From Ramazzottius varieornatus (Eukaryota; Animalia; Tardigrada), in NCBI GenBank assembly GCA_001949185.1, contig BDGG01000004.1:77282-141281 (forward strand): a stretch of 64,000 nucleotides of DNA. The letters are read 5' to 3'. The position numbers were made by a program, and so were the translations under genes. Of this stretch, positions 23,544-44,422 are shown in pieces. The notes below the pieces were generated by a model. That model did not search any database. It was not told the origin of the DNA and saw only the letters and a list, made by a program, of their open reading frames with translations. Within the stretch, counting starts at the first letter, position 1. Each line of letters starts with the position of its first letter.

Positions 23544-26516
23544 ATGTTGCCCGATCGAGTGAGCCGTGAACTGTTCTTTCTGTTTCTGTATCTGGTTGCG
23601 GTAGCTCGGACGGTTGCGCGTGATATAGGTGGATACATCGAAGGTTAGTGCGATGAGCTCGGGAGTTGCATAGGCCATAGGATACTGCTTCATAATAGCG
23701 TATTACAGGAGATTGGTGGGAGCCGCAGCAGTGTTACAAGTGTCATGCTACCGTACATGCCTATTCACTGGAGCAGAATCTCACGTACAACTTGCAGAGC
23801 TACAACGCCAGGTCGTTGTCTTTTGTACCTGGAGATCGGTCTTGCTTGTCTGCTTCTGCAGAAAGTTTGAACAAGTTCAAAAACTTGCCTGACAGTACCT
23901 GTGAAAATAAAACGATATGCGGAGTGGAGATAGCCGAGGTTCACAAAGATGGTGAAATCTACAGTACGTACCATAGCAGGAAAGTTTGTTCTGACTGTAT
24001 TATGAGTTAGTGCTCTAGTTACCCACATATCTCGAAATTTTGCCTAGATGCAATCACAAGGCGGTGCGTCGGCTGGTTGGGAGGTGACCCGGAGAAACGC
24101 AAACAGGACTGCTCGAATAGATATAATCCGGCCGACGGAATTTTCCAGATGGTAAGGTTACGCTTCTGGGAAAGCACCTGTCTCGTTGCCCTCAAGTTGC
24201 TCTTAATATTGGTAGAACTGTATTTGCGAAACGCATTTCTGTAATGGATGGACGTTTGAAAGTATGCGCGAGCGATTCTACACACAGTACACCAGACTGG
24301 TCATGACCAACGCGTTGGTTGAGGGAGATTACTATCCGGAGTACACTGGACCAACGCAGGACCAGTACGTTCCCAACACTGCCGAATATCGTAAGTAAGC
24401 GAAGAAACATTGTAATCGTCTGCTTTCATACACTGAAGTTACCCAAAGTGGCCCGAGCGCTGAGCATTGACCTTTTTCAGAACCGCCCATCTTCTGCTAC
24501 AAGTGCAAGACGGAAGTGGACAACACGACTCTTGCCGCCTATAAGAACGCGGCAGATATTGAGTGTGCCGCAATCGCTGAACTGAAGCGTGTTCTGGATG
24601 TCAAATATGCCGCGAAAGAAAACTGCGCAGACTATGAAATTTGCGCGGCTGATATCACGCAAACCCCTGACGGCCACTGTAAGTATCATAAACATTATGT
24701 ACGAGCGAATCCGCTGACCGAAGCGCTTCCGACGCTGCCAATGATTTTTTCCTGCAGTCGAGTTTGAGCGAAGCTGTAAACAGGTTGACGAAACAAAACT
24801 CCGGATGGGCTGTACGCGCAGAGAAGATGTACCAGACCGGGTGGGAAAATACGCCAGGTAGTGACCCACGCTGTTGTATCACAGCTGCGGCATGCGCGCC
24901 AGTAACTGGTCTTTGCGTACGATAGAATGACCTGCGCTTGCAACAGCTCGTATTGCAACGACTGGACGTTCCAAAGCTTGCGCAGGACCTTCGACGGTCA
25001 GGCGGCTCTAGTTCCTTGGAAAGGTCTCTTTGCTGCCAACTATATGCCATACCCGGCTGGTCAACCAGATAGTAACAAACCCACCACACCCTTTGTACCA
25101 AAGACGCGAGCAACCGAGTTGACGACACGTGCGCCACCCAGCCGACGAACTCTACCCGTACAGCCATCGGAGCTCAAGTACGAGCAGCAGTACTGTTACG
25201 AGTGTGCGGGGGTGGTAGATGGGACGGGTCGGCTTATGAACAGCAACTCGACGAAGAAAGCGTTCGATGACAAGGATGTGGTGTTTCCTGCGGAAAATAA
25301 AAAATGCTTTTCGGAATCGAAACAGAGCCTGAGTAAATTCGAAGGAACAGGCCTGTGTCCGGCGAACTCAGTCTGTGGTATAGAGCTCATCGAGGAGCGA
25401 GTCAACAGCAGCAAAGAAGGCCTGTTGCGTAGGTGAAAAGAACGCTCATTGAGTCGTAACCAGCTTGTCGGAATCAAACCGTGTAGTTTCTGCTTTCAGA
25501 TAAACTGACCAGGAAGTGTGTTGACAGAACAGTAGAAAGTGGTTTCAACAACGCCTGCAATAAGCGGAAACAGATCGGTCCGACTCTAGCCAGCATGCAT
25601 TGTATCTGCGAAGGAGCGCACTACTGCAACGACTGGACATTGAACAGTATCAAACAACGATATTACACAGAAACCACCACGTTAGACCAGGCCAACGCCT
25701 TGAACCCGGGCAACTCCTACCCGCCGTATACCGGTCCTTTAGAGGGCGTACCGGCAGACAAACAAAAGCGTAGGTGCACTCGTGCATTAAACCAGGTTCA
25801 AATAATCCTTCCAGTAAGCTTTTCTCCAGCTCGGACTTTCCGATGTTACAAATGCCAAACTGAGGTGGACCAGGATGGTAATAAGTGGCCAGGTGCAATC
25901 AACCGCGACTGTATCTCCCAGTCGAAAAGTACACTGGAAAAATACGCACAGTATAAAGCCTGCGATTACGACGACGAAGTTTGTATCGTCAATATTCGTT
26001 TGAAAACCTTCAGCGAGTACAGCGTTAACGAGTCATGTAAGTTAATCATTTTCAGCCACCCAACACTGTGGATGATAGTAGTGATTTTTTTCTGCAGATA
26101 TGGTTACACGGACATGCGATAGTCCCGACTTCTACACTTTGTCCTACGGCTGTACCAAGACGCAGCCCAACAAGTTCACAGCGGAAAATGAAATGACGTG
26201 TGCCTGTTGGGCTAACTACTGCAACGACTTCACTTTTGCAAGTTTGAAGGACGCGTTCCACCGAAACGGCAAAGTTCTATGGACTTCAGGCCAGAGTCCT
26301 CCGATCTTTGTTTATACAGCGAAACCTGGCGCTAAAGACCCCGACGACAATGGCACGTATGTAACTCGCCCATATGTTGCGTCCGACGTCGGTCCTCGAC
26401 CCAGCAAGACCTGCGCAGCATCCAGTGCCGTTGGTCCGCACACTGTCTCATTTTCCGTTTTACGGATCGCTTCCTCGTTACTTTTATTCAAGATATGTCT
26501 ACGCTGTGAAATTTAG
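23544..26516 (+). CDS. Secreted/GPI-anchored protein with four tandem Ly6/uPAR/Quiver-like domains, multi-exon
   Basis: Signal MLPDRVSRELFFLFLYLVAVARTVA. Four units begin CYKC/CYKC/CYEC/CYKC and end CICETHFCN, CACNSSYCN, CICEGAHYCN, CACWANYCN. Hydrophobic C-terminus VLRIASSLLLFKICL; splice phases compatible. Confidence 0.85.
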
Positions 26517-27333
26517 CGCCTTCGAGTTCATGGTTTTATTTTTATTTTTTTAGTTCAAAGCATCCGATATGTTTAGTAATCACTCGAGTCGCTGGTTCTG
26601 GTGCCTCCTGCGAGTGCAGACCTACCCGAGGCCTTCTCGTTAACTGCGCCTCTGCGGTAGCGCACCGTTGCAGAATGATGATGAAGGGCTTGGAAACTGA
26701 GCCGCAGTATTGCTCGTCGGCGTTGCTCCCCATAAACGCAAAAAAAACAGTCGTCGCGATATCCGACGCTTTTGCGGCGGAAGTGGTCTTTGCTGTGACC
26801 CTTCTTCTTTTTGAAATTTTAATAGGATGATGCAAATTTAGACAACTCAAGATGACGCGGATGCATACTGCGATTAATATCGAGGGTGGAAATGATGAAT
26901 TACGCCGTGACGTCATTGAGCGTCTTTGTCTGCTGAGGCGACTGGCTCTTTGCGTGTGAGAGGCTAAGGGCCATAACACACAGGGTTATCGATTGAACAG
27001 GGATGGATCGACAGAAAGTACAGACGCCAGAGTTCCATCAGTGAAATCGAACCGTTGCATTCCGGCATCCCGTGGTCTATCCAGTAGATGCAGCAGCTGT
27101 TCTTCCACAACGCATTCGCGTGTCACTGCTTCGCAATCGCACACGCATCCCGTTCTTGCAGAGGCTTTCCTCCTTTTTTATTTCACTCGGAATAACCCTA
27201 TAATCAGCGTCCATGTACTCCTTTCCTCATACACTTGATCTGATCTCCAGAGCTTCTGTTCGCAATATCGCCCGGCATACCTTTTTGCCTTTTTGAACAG
27301 ACGAGCCTCCGAAGTTCCTTTCGTTTCACCATC

Positions 27334-35679
<8,346 letters not shown>

Positions 35680-35951
35680 ACACTTTCGGCTTTCTTATAT
35701 GGATGAATCTCAATGTGGTACTTATTCTATCTGGGTGGTAATTTTTACCTGGCTCTTTTGTACGGTGTCTTCCTAAAATACAGATTTTGGTGCTTACACG
35801 CTCTTTTAAATCTAATCGGGTGAAGAATATAATTCCTCAAATGTTTCAGCCAGATACAGATACAATGCGCATCACATGACGTGAAAATAATATTAATTGG
35901 ACTGAAAGGAGAAGGTGATCGACGCTTCAAATTATTGACATTTCAACTGTG

Positions 35952-37435
35952 TCACTTCTTCAGAAAAGGAAAGAGTTTTTTTAGAGCGTCACGCAATGTC
36001 TGGACAGTTGAAAGAAAGATCAGCGTATCCACCAGATATGCCAAGGTACAAAGAATAGTGATGGTTGCATACATGCCCGGAAGATTGTATCCCAGAGCGA
36101 CCAGAGTAGAGTAGACCGCAGACGGGAATAACGAGACTGCCACATTTAATGTCAACCACGACAGCATCAGCAATCCACTTCCGTTCCTCGTTCTCACATA
36201 TCCCCCCAACAAGCGCCACTGTCAATTTTCTCTTCGTTACCCTGTTCGATTTTCACTTTTACAGCCGGTACCGTCGCAGCCGCGCCACCTGCAGTCACTA
36301 CGAGCACGTCCCTTCCGTAGACGTCCACCTTCTGCACCGGATTCTGGTCCTTCGATGTAGCGGTAATCTTCATTCGCTTGAACTTTGAGTTGATGAAGTT
36401 ACGATAACAGATGTATGGGTAGACCAGGAAAGCAAAGGTCATCGGTACATCGTAAACGATGATCTGGTTTGCCACCATCCAGCCTCTGGGTCCTGCCGCT
36501 TAGAGATGGGATAAGTGTTATCAAGTTCAGTGTGGTGTTTTCCGATTTGGTACACTCTCACACCGAATCGAAAATTTCGATATGAAGATCACACCGATAT
36601 TTTTGATTTGCTAGATTGCTGCACCGATATTTCGATTTATCACACCAAATCAAACCGAAGAAGAATCGGTAAACCGAAAAATAAGAAGTTTCTCTTATTA
36701 ACGGGAAAAACCAGGTAAAACTGGCGCAAAACGGGGCGAGCCGCAAGCATACAACGCTTGGCGTTTCTTGAGATGTTGAGAGGTTTTCCTCCACCGGATG
36801 GCCGTCTATCAAGCTAGCAGAGATACAGTCTGTAAGCCGAAAACTTTCTCGGAATCGTTCAGAAATCGGTCAAACTCTCATCTTTCTGGGCCTTCCGGTA
36901 TGTTTTAATTTACCGAAAAATTTCGATTTGGTATCGGTTTGGTGGAATTGGTAGCGAAATCGGTTTTTCGGTATGAGACTTACACCGATAATTTCGGTTT
37001 CGGTAATTTCTCACACCAAGTCGATAAGTTCGATTCAGTTTCGGTGAGTTTCGGTAAATCCCACTTATCCCATCTCTACTGCCGCTGAGAATAGACAGTG
37101 GTAACGCTCGGATGCAGAGCGAGGGTTAATGGCATCAATGACGACCACTGGAACACTGCAAGCATGGACGTACAGTATAGCCACATTAGAACGCAGTCGA
37201 CGACGGGTCGACAAAAACGAGGTAGACCGGAAAAAGAGGTAGATGAGAAGGGTATTGAAGACCATGGCGAGGAGCTTGGTGACCAAGTTGAACGTTGCTC
37301 GGACTGTTCATACTGCGGAGGGTGAGGCGGGATTTTGCGTGGTGATTGAGGAGTTGAGCAGTATATCGGAAGCCAAAAATGACACATTCCTGGTGTGATT
37401 CATGGTCACAGTACTTTGATGGGGAAGTAAAATGG
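35952..37435 (-). pseudogene. Class-A GPCR pseudogene of the same family (TM2-TM3 missing, MITE insertion, frameshift)
   Basis: Fragments LAMVFNTLLIYLFF (TM1), VPVVVIDAINPR..YHC (TM4/ECL2), IVYDVPMTFAFLVYPY (TM5), GLLMLSWLTLNV and LVDTLIFL (TM6-7). The NRxWAV segment is absent; frame changes near 36200. Confidence 0.85.
36501..37078. mobile_element. Non-autonomous hAT-type MITE, 578 bp
   Basis: Perfect 17-bp TIR tagagatgggataagtg / cacttatcccatctcta. Perfect 8-bp TSD ctgccgct (36493-36500, 37079-37086). Many subterminal accga/tcggt motifs. Confidence 0.93.
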
Positions 37436-37954
37436 TCAAACAACACTTTCTGAAACAACCTTAGCAGGTACTAAATCCTACAAAACACGTGAGAGATCAA
37501 GGAGCCGAGTCAGTTGGAGCCTTGCGCCGGTCTGTTGGGGCATGTAGCGGGGAAGGGATACGTACAGTATGAACCCACAAGCAGTGTTAGCTAACCTGGT
37601 ACCTTCGTTTTTCAGTTGGCGTATGCCTCGAGATCTTGACAGTTCTTTAACAGCCGACAGGTGCTATCCGACAGGTAGCACTGTAAACTACAAGCACCAC
37701 AATGTAGGAGATGCATCTTTTTCCGGTCGCGCTCTTGAACTTTTTTCCCGTTTTCTAGCTGAAATTACGTCAATATACAGTAGTCGGTATCCCCAACTGG
37801 AAGGCGAAGAAAATCCATGCAGAAGACCGGGAACGGATGCATATCCTACACTGTACTTTTGCTCGCATAACACTGTGATGTTACGTTCAGATATCGCTGT
37901 GCGAAGCACTGTGATTTTGTGACCTTCTTGAATCAATGGATTTTCCAGTTTACA

Positions 37955-37974
37955 TAGGTGCGGAAGTATGACTT
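37955..37974 (+). repeat. Dispersed 20-bp repeat (identical copy at 63878-63897), probable transposon terminus
   Basis: taggtgcggaagtatgactt occurs identically twice, with weaker versions near 18969 and 56510. Confidence 0.6.
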
Positions 37975-38744
37975 GTCAATGTGGGACGAGATGATCCCAC
38001 GTTGATCTATGTTTGAGTACGCATTGAAAACTAAAGGTGTATCGCAGCGCAGGGAAGTAGGGCTTTAATGTGGGACGATCCCATATTGGTGTCGCAATGC
38101 AATGTACGGCGGTCCCGCGACGAGACAAAATTAAACAACTTTTGAGTAAGGTACTCCTGGCTATCGCGATAACGTACAGTATCTGGTAGGCTTTTGTTCC
38201 ATATCCCGTTCACTTTCGAACCTGTTTCTTGCACGTACCTTACGCATGTTGATAACTTGATATCCTTAACGATTGATACTGATTTCCTCGGTAAAAGCCT
38301 TTTACGTGGAACGGCTTTGGTCGATATGGTCCAACCTGGTTAGAATTCGGGGTACACTACAGTAATACCGCTGGCTTGAACGCACTGTTTCTGTTGCTGA
38401 CGTACTATTGTCTGCTTATTGTTATGAACCACCGAAACATGTCTGTGTACTATCAGAACCGAGTTTCAATCAAACATACCACAAGCTTGAACAATGACGA
38501 ATTTATTCATAAAGGGCGATGTACAATAGATATATACCGAGAAGACAACCGATAGAAAAATTCCGACAAGAGTTGAATTCACCAGACGTACACCTGAGAA
38601 TCTCAGTCAATAATAACCTAAGCGAGAACGACTGACAACAACCGACAGAAGCATAGTGTGGACAACAAGACAAGCTAGGTACTAGCTAAAAGCTAAATCA
38701 AGAATGCGAAGACAAGCTAAAGGTTCAAATAGCTCAAGACTGTG

Positions 38745-39195
38745 GACCTAATGTGGAAGTGTACAGCCAGACCAGACCACGTTATTCAATGTGGGATTCA
38801 AGACGTCATAACAAAAGGTGACAGCACTATACAACAGGTGGCAGCACGCTGTGTTGACCCTTGTTTTTAATGTGGGTGATCTCGATGCGGCTCTCAAAAG
38901 AGATTCCGTGTAGGACTCGTGAAGTGATGGAATGGGCGTGGTTGATTCGGCATGGGGTCAATAGGGTCTCAATGTGGGATCGGGTTACGCTGGGAGTACT
39001 TGGGATATCAATATGGGAACTCTGACGTCATCAATTGGGTCACCGAAGCCAATAGGGAGATTCTCAGGGCAACAGTAAGGTCGAACTCAGTATGGGATAA
39101 GATTGAGTGACAAACATGGGGTTGAAAATTCAATATGGGATGCCAAGGTAACTAATGTGGTCGGGAGGTGGTGCGAAATCAATGTGGGATCGCTG
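38745..39195. repeat. Degenerate ~40-bp-period repeat with core CAATRTGGGA
   Basis: Core-like words near 38750, 38788, 38869, 38970, 39009, 39088, 39131, 39155 and 39180. Confidence 0.5.
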
Positions 39196-41241
39196 GACGG
39201 CATACCGCGTCGCACGTTTTTTCCTCAGTGTTGCCACTGCATCCAGGTCCGACTTTTCCATGGGCCATGTGCTTAACGGCGGGCAAAGAAAGCTGAGTTT
39301 AAAGGGAAGAAGAGGAGAAAGATTTTTTCCCGGCTTCTACGGTTTTTTTTCTTCTGGCACTAGCCTCACTAACTTCAAAGCGAATCTTGTCGTTCTGTGG
39401 ACCTTAGGGAGGTCTTCATAATGACAATAAGAAGACATCTCAATGCGGCTTCTTGAATTTAATGAGTAATTTCCGTTTCTCCGTGTGTAAAATCGACCTA
39501 CCAAATGGGTCATTTTAGTGAGGTAACCAAATTTGTCATGTCTTACGGGCATCTTGACAACCTTTAGTGAGATACTGTAGTCAATAGATGCACTAGGGTT
39601 TGCTCTATCGATAGTCGAAGTTGATTCGCCCTTGGACTCACTCAGCTAACGCGATGCGAAAGTGTTGTTCGGGATGGTTTCCAGGTTTTCACCCGAATAA
39701 CTTCAGCACTCAATGTTCCAAAGCCAGATCCCACAGTGTGTTCAAAAGAGCGTCCATTTCAGCATGTATCGCGATCATAATTAGATTTTTGAAGGAACCG
39801 AGGCGCTCGAAAAAACTGTATTTTAGTCCAAGAATGGCTGTTATTGCAAAAAAAACCCACTTTTGCTAAACTGATTTTGCAGCTCGACGTGTGACCAGTG
39901 ATTTGTGTTCAGCAGCATATCCGAAAGGTGGATGACCCCAATCGTCTGATTAATAATCAGGTTGAAGACGCTATGTCAGAGTGATACATACTCTAAAGTA
40001 TTCGGAAGCACACCTAGTCTCTGAAAGTAAGTTACCAGTTCTGGCCCAAGCACTGGCCGACATGCGAGAACCCCGGAAGATTTGTCGGTTCTGTTCGCAC
40101 ACTGTATTTAATTTCTGTATCGCTAGAATATTTCGGTTTGCTGGGCCTACGCACAGTTATTGAGAGGAAATTCTGTGATACCTGGTTGTCAACAGCTTGC
40201 ACTAGCGCACACTGTTCATAGTGATAGTAGGCAGTTGATTTATCGAACATGATGCATATGAGGCTCAGCAGTATTTTGCGGCCAGTCCTTTTCTGAAGCT
40301 AGCGGCTGTCAGGAACTGCAATGCGGGGTCCAGCACGACTGTTATGGCGAGCCTCTATCCTTCTGTCATATTGGTTTGAGAATCAGAGTAGACAGACTGG
40401 CGTAAATCCCTTGTGAGTCACCATAAGGAGGAAGACTGAAAACGTCTTGAACAGCAAAGGTTCTCCACAAGATCGAACGGTCGTACATCATTTGAACGGA
40501 TCAAATTGTAAAGAGCCTTTGCGAGATATACAAACTACCAGGCCTTTTTTTAATTTTGTGATTTCAAGCGAATTCTTCTTGATCTAATATGATGACACTC
40601 ATCTTGCAATTTTCTGATTAAATCTGGTCTGAGATTAGGTCTGCCGACGAGTGGGAGAGGCAATTAAAGATCAACGTAATGCCCGGTGACGGGGTTCGCT
40701 TACCAGTATGCGTTTTGTGATCCGATTACAGGTGTCCCAGGCATAGATTCCTGTTGATCCAACAGTTTTTAATTTGGAAAACCGGTCCGTTGCGGTCGAC
40801 TCGTCCAATGTCTTTGCTCTGCCAGATCTGGAGCTAGTCTTTATCGGAATTGTCAGAAACACGAACTCATTAGTGTACTTGGTGGACCAAAGATCTGTGA
40901 GTATTCCGCTGTCAGGATTGTTGGTTGGAAATGTTCATGTTTGACCAGGCCTTACTGGCTTTTGAAACAACATAATCATCTTGATTCAACGAGCGCACAT
41001 TTCGCCTGAATTAAGATGCATGCGGTGCCCGGTAATTCTGTAAACTCTCGCGTATCTATTGTACGATCGGCGTATATCTAACCTGCAGGTAAGTTCTCCT
41101 CGAAATAAATTCCAGTTACATACGAACAGACGTTGCTGTTCGGTATGGCACAATTTTAAGGTCGATGAGCCCAGATCTTCTATAAAATTTCGCAGCTTCC
41201 TTCAACATTTGCAGTCGAGCAGTGTGTGGAGACCGTGAACC

Positions 41242-42213
41242 ATGCATACCAAATGGACCTGTTCGTCCGGCTTACTCCTAAATCGTACAGTGACTCATGG
41301 GGATTTCACGACCATAAACCGAACTGATTCGTCCGCATCTTTCATTGATACCAGAGTCATCTTTAATCTGGCCGCCAATATCACATCCTTCACCCTAAAC
41401 ATTACGATCATTGTTCTGTTCTGCTGCAACAGGAGCGTTCGAACTTCCTTTACTTACTACGTGGTCAACCTCTGTCTATGGTTTACCCTCTTAACCTGTT
41501 TGCAGTATTCCACTCACCCCTGTTCCTCCCCACAACCTTCTGCGTTTTCCTACGGTACTTCCGATACGTCACCGGTTCCCACAACAGTAACGCGTTTTCT
41601 CATCGCCGTGAACAGATTATGGGCCATATCGTCCCCTGTGACTTACGGGCAATATCATCAAGGGAAGACTGCGTCCGTCTCCGCCAAAGTATGTGCTTTG
41701 GCTTGGCTGTACGTTCATGTTCTGACGATTCCGTGGACTATTGTAGACGCAGTGAATCGGAGTGGGATGAGGTACGAAGTCCAGAATTGTGCCGTAAGCG
41801 GTAAAGTACCTCGTGCTTGGGAACTCGTAGGACAGTTCCTACTGTACAACATCCCGATACTACTAACTATACTGATCTGTCCCGTGGTCTTGTGGAAGAT
41901 GATCAAGCAGAAGCAGCTCAGACGAGCGATGGTTGCGCCTTCAGGAGCAGCAGAAGGTAACAGCGCCGCTGGAACCAACAGAACAACGAAGGATGGAAGG
42001 TTCTTGGCCCTGACTTTAGTGATCGCGAATGTAACGTGTACTGTGGTACCCGCCTTTGTGTTCTATACTCCGGTGGGTTTTCGCGTGGCGCCAGCTTACC
42101 TGGTGCTCCCGGTCTTTATTCTGTTTTCGCTATAGCCAATTCTCGATTTCCTACTGCTCCTGTTCTCCATCAGAACACTGTGTGCTGGCCTTGGGAAATG
42201 TTTTTGTTCTTAA
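41242..42213 (+). pseudogene. Class-A GPCR pseudogene of the same family
   Basis: RTSFTYYVVNLCL, then the true TM2-TM3 sequence (VYPLNLF...FCVFLRYFRY) lies in another frame, returning to FLIAVNRLWAI. An in-frame TAG at 42133-42135 precedes PILDFLLLLF (TM7). Confidence 0.85.
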
Positions 42214-42243
42214 TGTCGATTCAGTGCGCACTGTACACCTTAA

Positions 42244-42771
42244 CACCCTGATTACCACCGTACTCATTGTGAGTACAATACGGCACTTTTTCGCTCCCCA
42301 TAATTTCCATTCTGCCCGGTTTGAACCAAACTTTTTTTTTCATTGCCTGGTCTGCGGTCTTATCACCGAAACGCAGCTGATGACCACTGGTCAGTACAAC
42401 TTCCGCAGGCTGGAAAAAATCCTTACGATTTGTGGCAGTTTCGGGAGTATTTCAGGTTTCCTGCCTTTGTTCGAGATACATGGCTACCATCTGTTTAGAA
42501 AAAAATGAAACACTAAGGAGAGCTTCCTCTACCGATGCTAGGCTTGGGACAAACTTGGTGTCATCGGTGCGTCCAGAGAAAAATCAAAAAGGCCAGGGCT
42601 GCGTTCCCCACGTTGGCCTTTACGGCCTGCTAAACTCCACAATTTCGTAATTCTGAAATTTGTCGATTGGCTAATTTGGGTTACGCCTTCCAATTTCCTC
42701 TAGTTAAAGTTATGTGCTCACTGTGAGTACGCTGCTAATCAGCCGACACAAAAAGCTTGGTATTCAGGGTG
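42244..42771. mobile_element. Non-autonomous piggyBac-like MITE
   Basis: TTAA|caccctgattacca ... tggtattcagggtg|TTAA: TTAA on both sides and a 14-bp TIR with one mismatch. Near-palindrome gtrctcaytgtgagtac sits near both ends. Confidence 0.75.
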
Positions 42772-42795
42772 TTAATCATCACAACATCCAGTGAC

Positions 42796-43033
42796 AGCGA
42801 ATACTATGGGCTGAGGTCAAATCTGTCTGACTAGGCGTGCTTGTGTTCGGGGCTCTGATTGGCCAAATTTGAACACTAACTACTACTACTACGGCTGATT
42901 AATTAACCACCAAGAAGAACCGATCAACTTGATTGATCAGCCATGGAAGCGGTTGTCCAGATCCGGCCAGTCTGAGCCCCCCGTCACAACACGCCTAGTC
43001 GGACAGATTTGACGTCACCTCACAGTATTCACT
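42796..43033. repeat. Long imperfect inverted repeat (~80 bp arms), MITE-like
   Basis: gaggtcaaatctgtctgactaggcgtg...ggggctctgattggcc pairs with ggccagtctgagcccc...cacgcctagtcggacagatttgacgtc. Confidence 0.7.
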
Positions 43034-44422
43034 GGTACCAATCATCAGTCCGGATGGGTCGATCGTCAAGGTGGATGGATTCAATCATCAATCCGAGTAC
43101 ACCGAATCATCAAAAACTAGTGATTATCAATCAAACAACCAACCAGACAAAGATAATAAAACAATCGAGAAAAGCAACCAATTAATCGAAGGAAAAATTG
43201 GGTACAGATCCAAGTCAGAGTTTCGATTGATGGATTGGCTAAAGTGGATGTGTACACGTGATGAGCACATATTGTGTGCAATTGAGTAAACCCACAGTAT
43301 GTACATCTACAACAACACCCAGGTTCCCCCAGTGGGGAGTATTAGTACTCCGAGTCTATTTATATTATTGATGGGTGGGAACGCAGGGGTTATATTTCCC
43401 GTTTTGCGGCAGCACGTAAAAATGTCGATCAGTTATCCAAAACGGTAAACTGCTAGGACCCCAAAACCTTTGCGCGAAGCCTTGTTGCATAGATTAGGAC
43501 TTTTTACTCCGATTCGACAGGTGGCACGGAAGTCCGATTGCGCGTACTCGTATGCATCGAAACTGGGAACGACTGCTCAAACGCTGCCGGCCATACGTAC
43601 TACTTTTCATCCTGACACCCAGATTATTTGCTGTTTGTCAAGATGAAGGAAAGAAGCTCGTAAATAACCCAGCACTGCACAATTTCGTGTGGACCTACCG
43701 GTGGGCGATGATTCACTGCACCATGCACTTCATGCAGCAATACTACCCCTACACGTTCGTTGCGAGAAGTAGGAAGTTACGGACAGGAAACGACGGGGAA
43801 AGTGAAGTACCAGAAACAGGGGACATCCGGTCTTGCTCGTGCGCCACGTGCAAGGAACAAGAGCCACAAGATACGAATGTCCGGATGGCTGAGGTATATA
43901 AAACCTGCAGGCATAGTCTCACCTCACCTCTAAAGGTTCCTCGTGACTGGGCGAGTTTTATCCTGTTGGACACCGGGCAACCGTCCAGGAAATCGGACAC
44001 GATTGCAGCTTTCTGAAAGGTAAAAAGGAGTATCAAAACCAGCGTATGGGGCAGTAACTGTTGTTTTTTCTTCTAATGAGCTCTTCGATCTCCGCGCCCT
44101 ACCGGATACAAGATGGGGTGATACCACAGGTGTACGTGATACTGTATAATGGGACACGCTGATCGGAGGCTAACTTCTTTCTGTAGCGTTCACGGCAAAA
44201 GGTGGATACGAATAACAGGCGGTAGAAATGACCTTCCTTCTAATTTTTCAAAATAGCACGAACTGTTCCTCAGCCCCAAATACTGTTTTAGACGAACACG
44301 TGTAAAGCAAAAACGAACAGTGCTGTAGTATACTACATAAAGCGCTATCCTGTACTGCCACATTTACGGTTGTTACACCATCTGTGTCAGGAGCATCTTT
44401 TGTCCAGAAAGACAGCACAAAA

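Noticed and set aside
38745-39195. CRISPR-like array
   Set aside because: The context is eukaryotic, the core is only ~10 bp and degenerate, spacing is irregular, and there are no cas genes.
43552-44016. 154-aa ORF, and similar short ORFs at 1.5-6 kb, 39-41 kb and 49.5-51 kb
   Set aside because: No recognisable domain, splice structure or coding-like composition.
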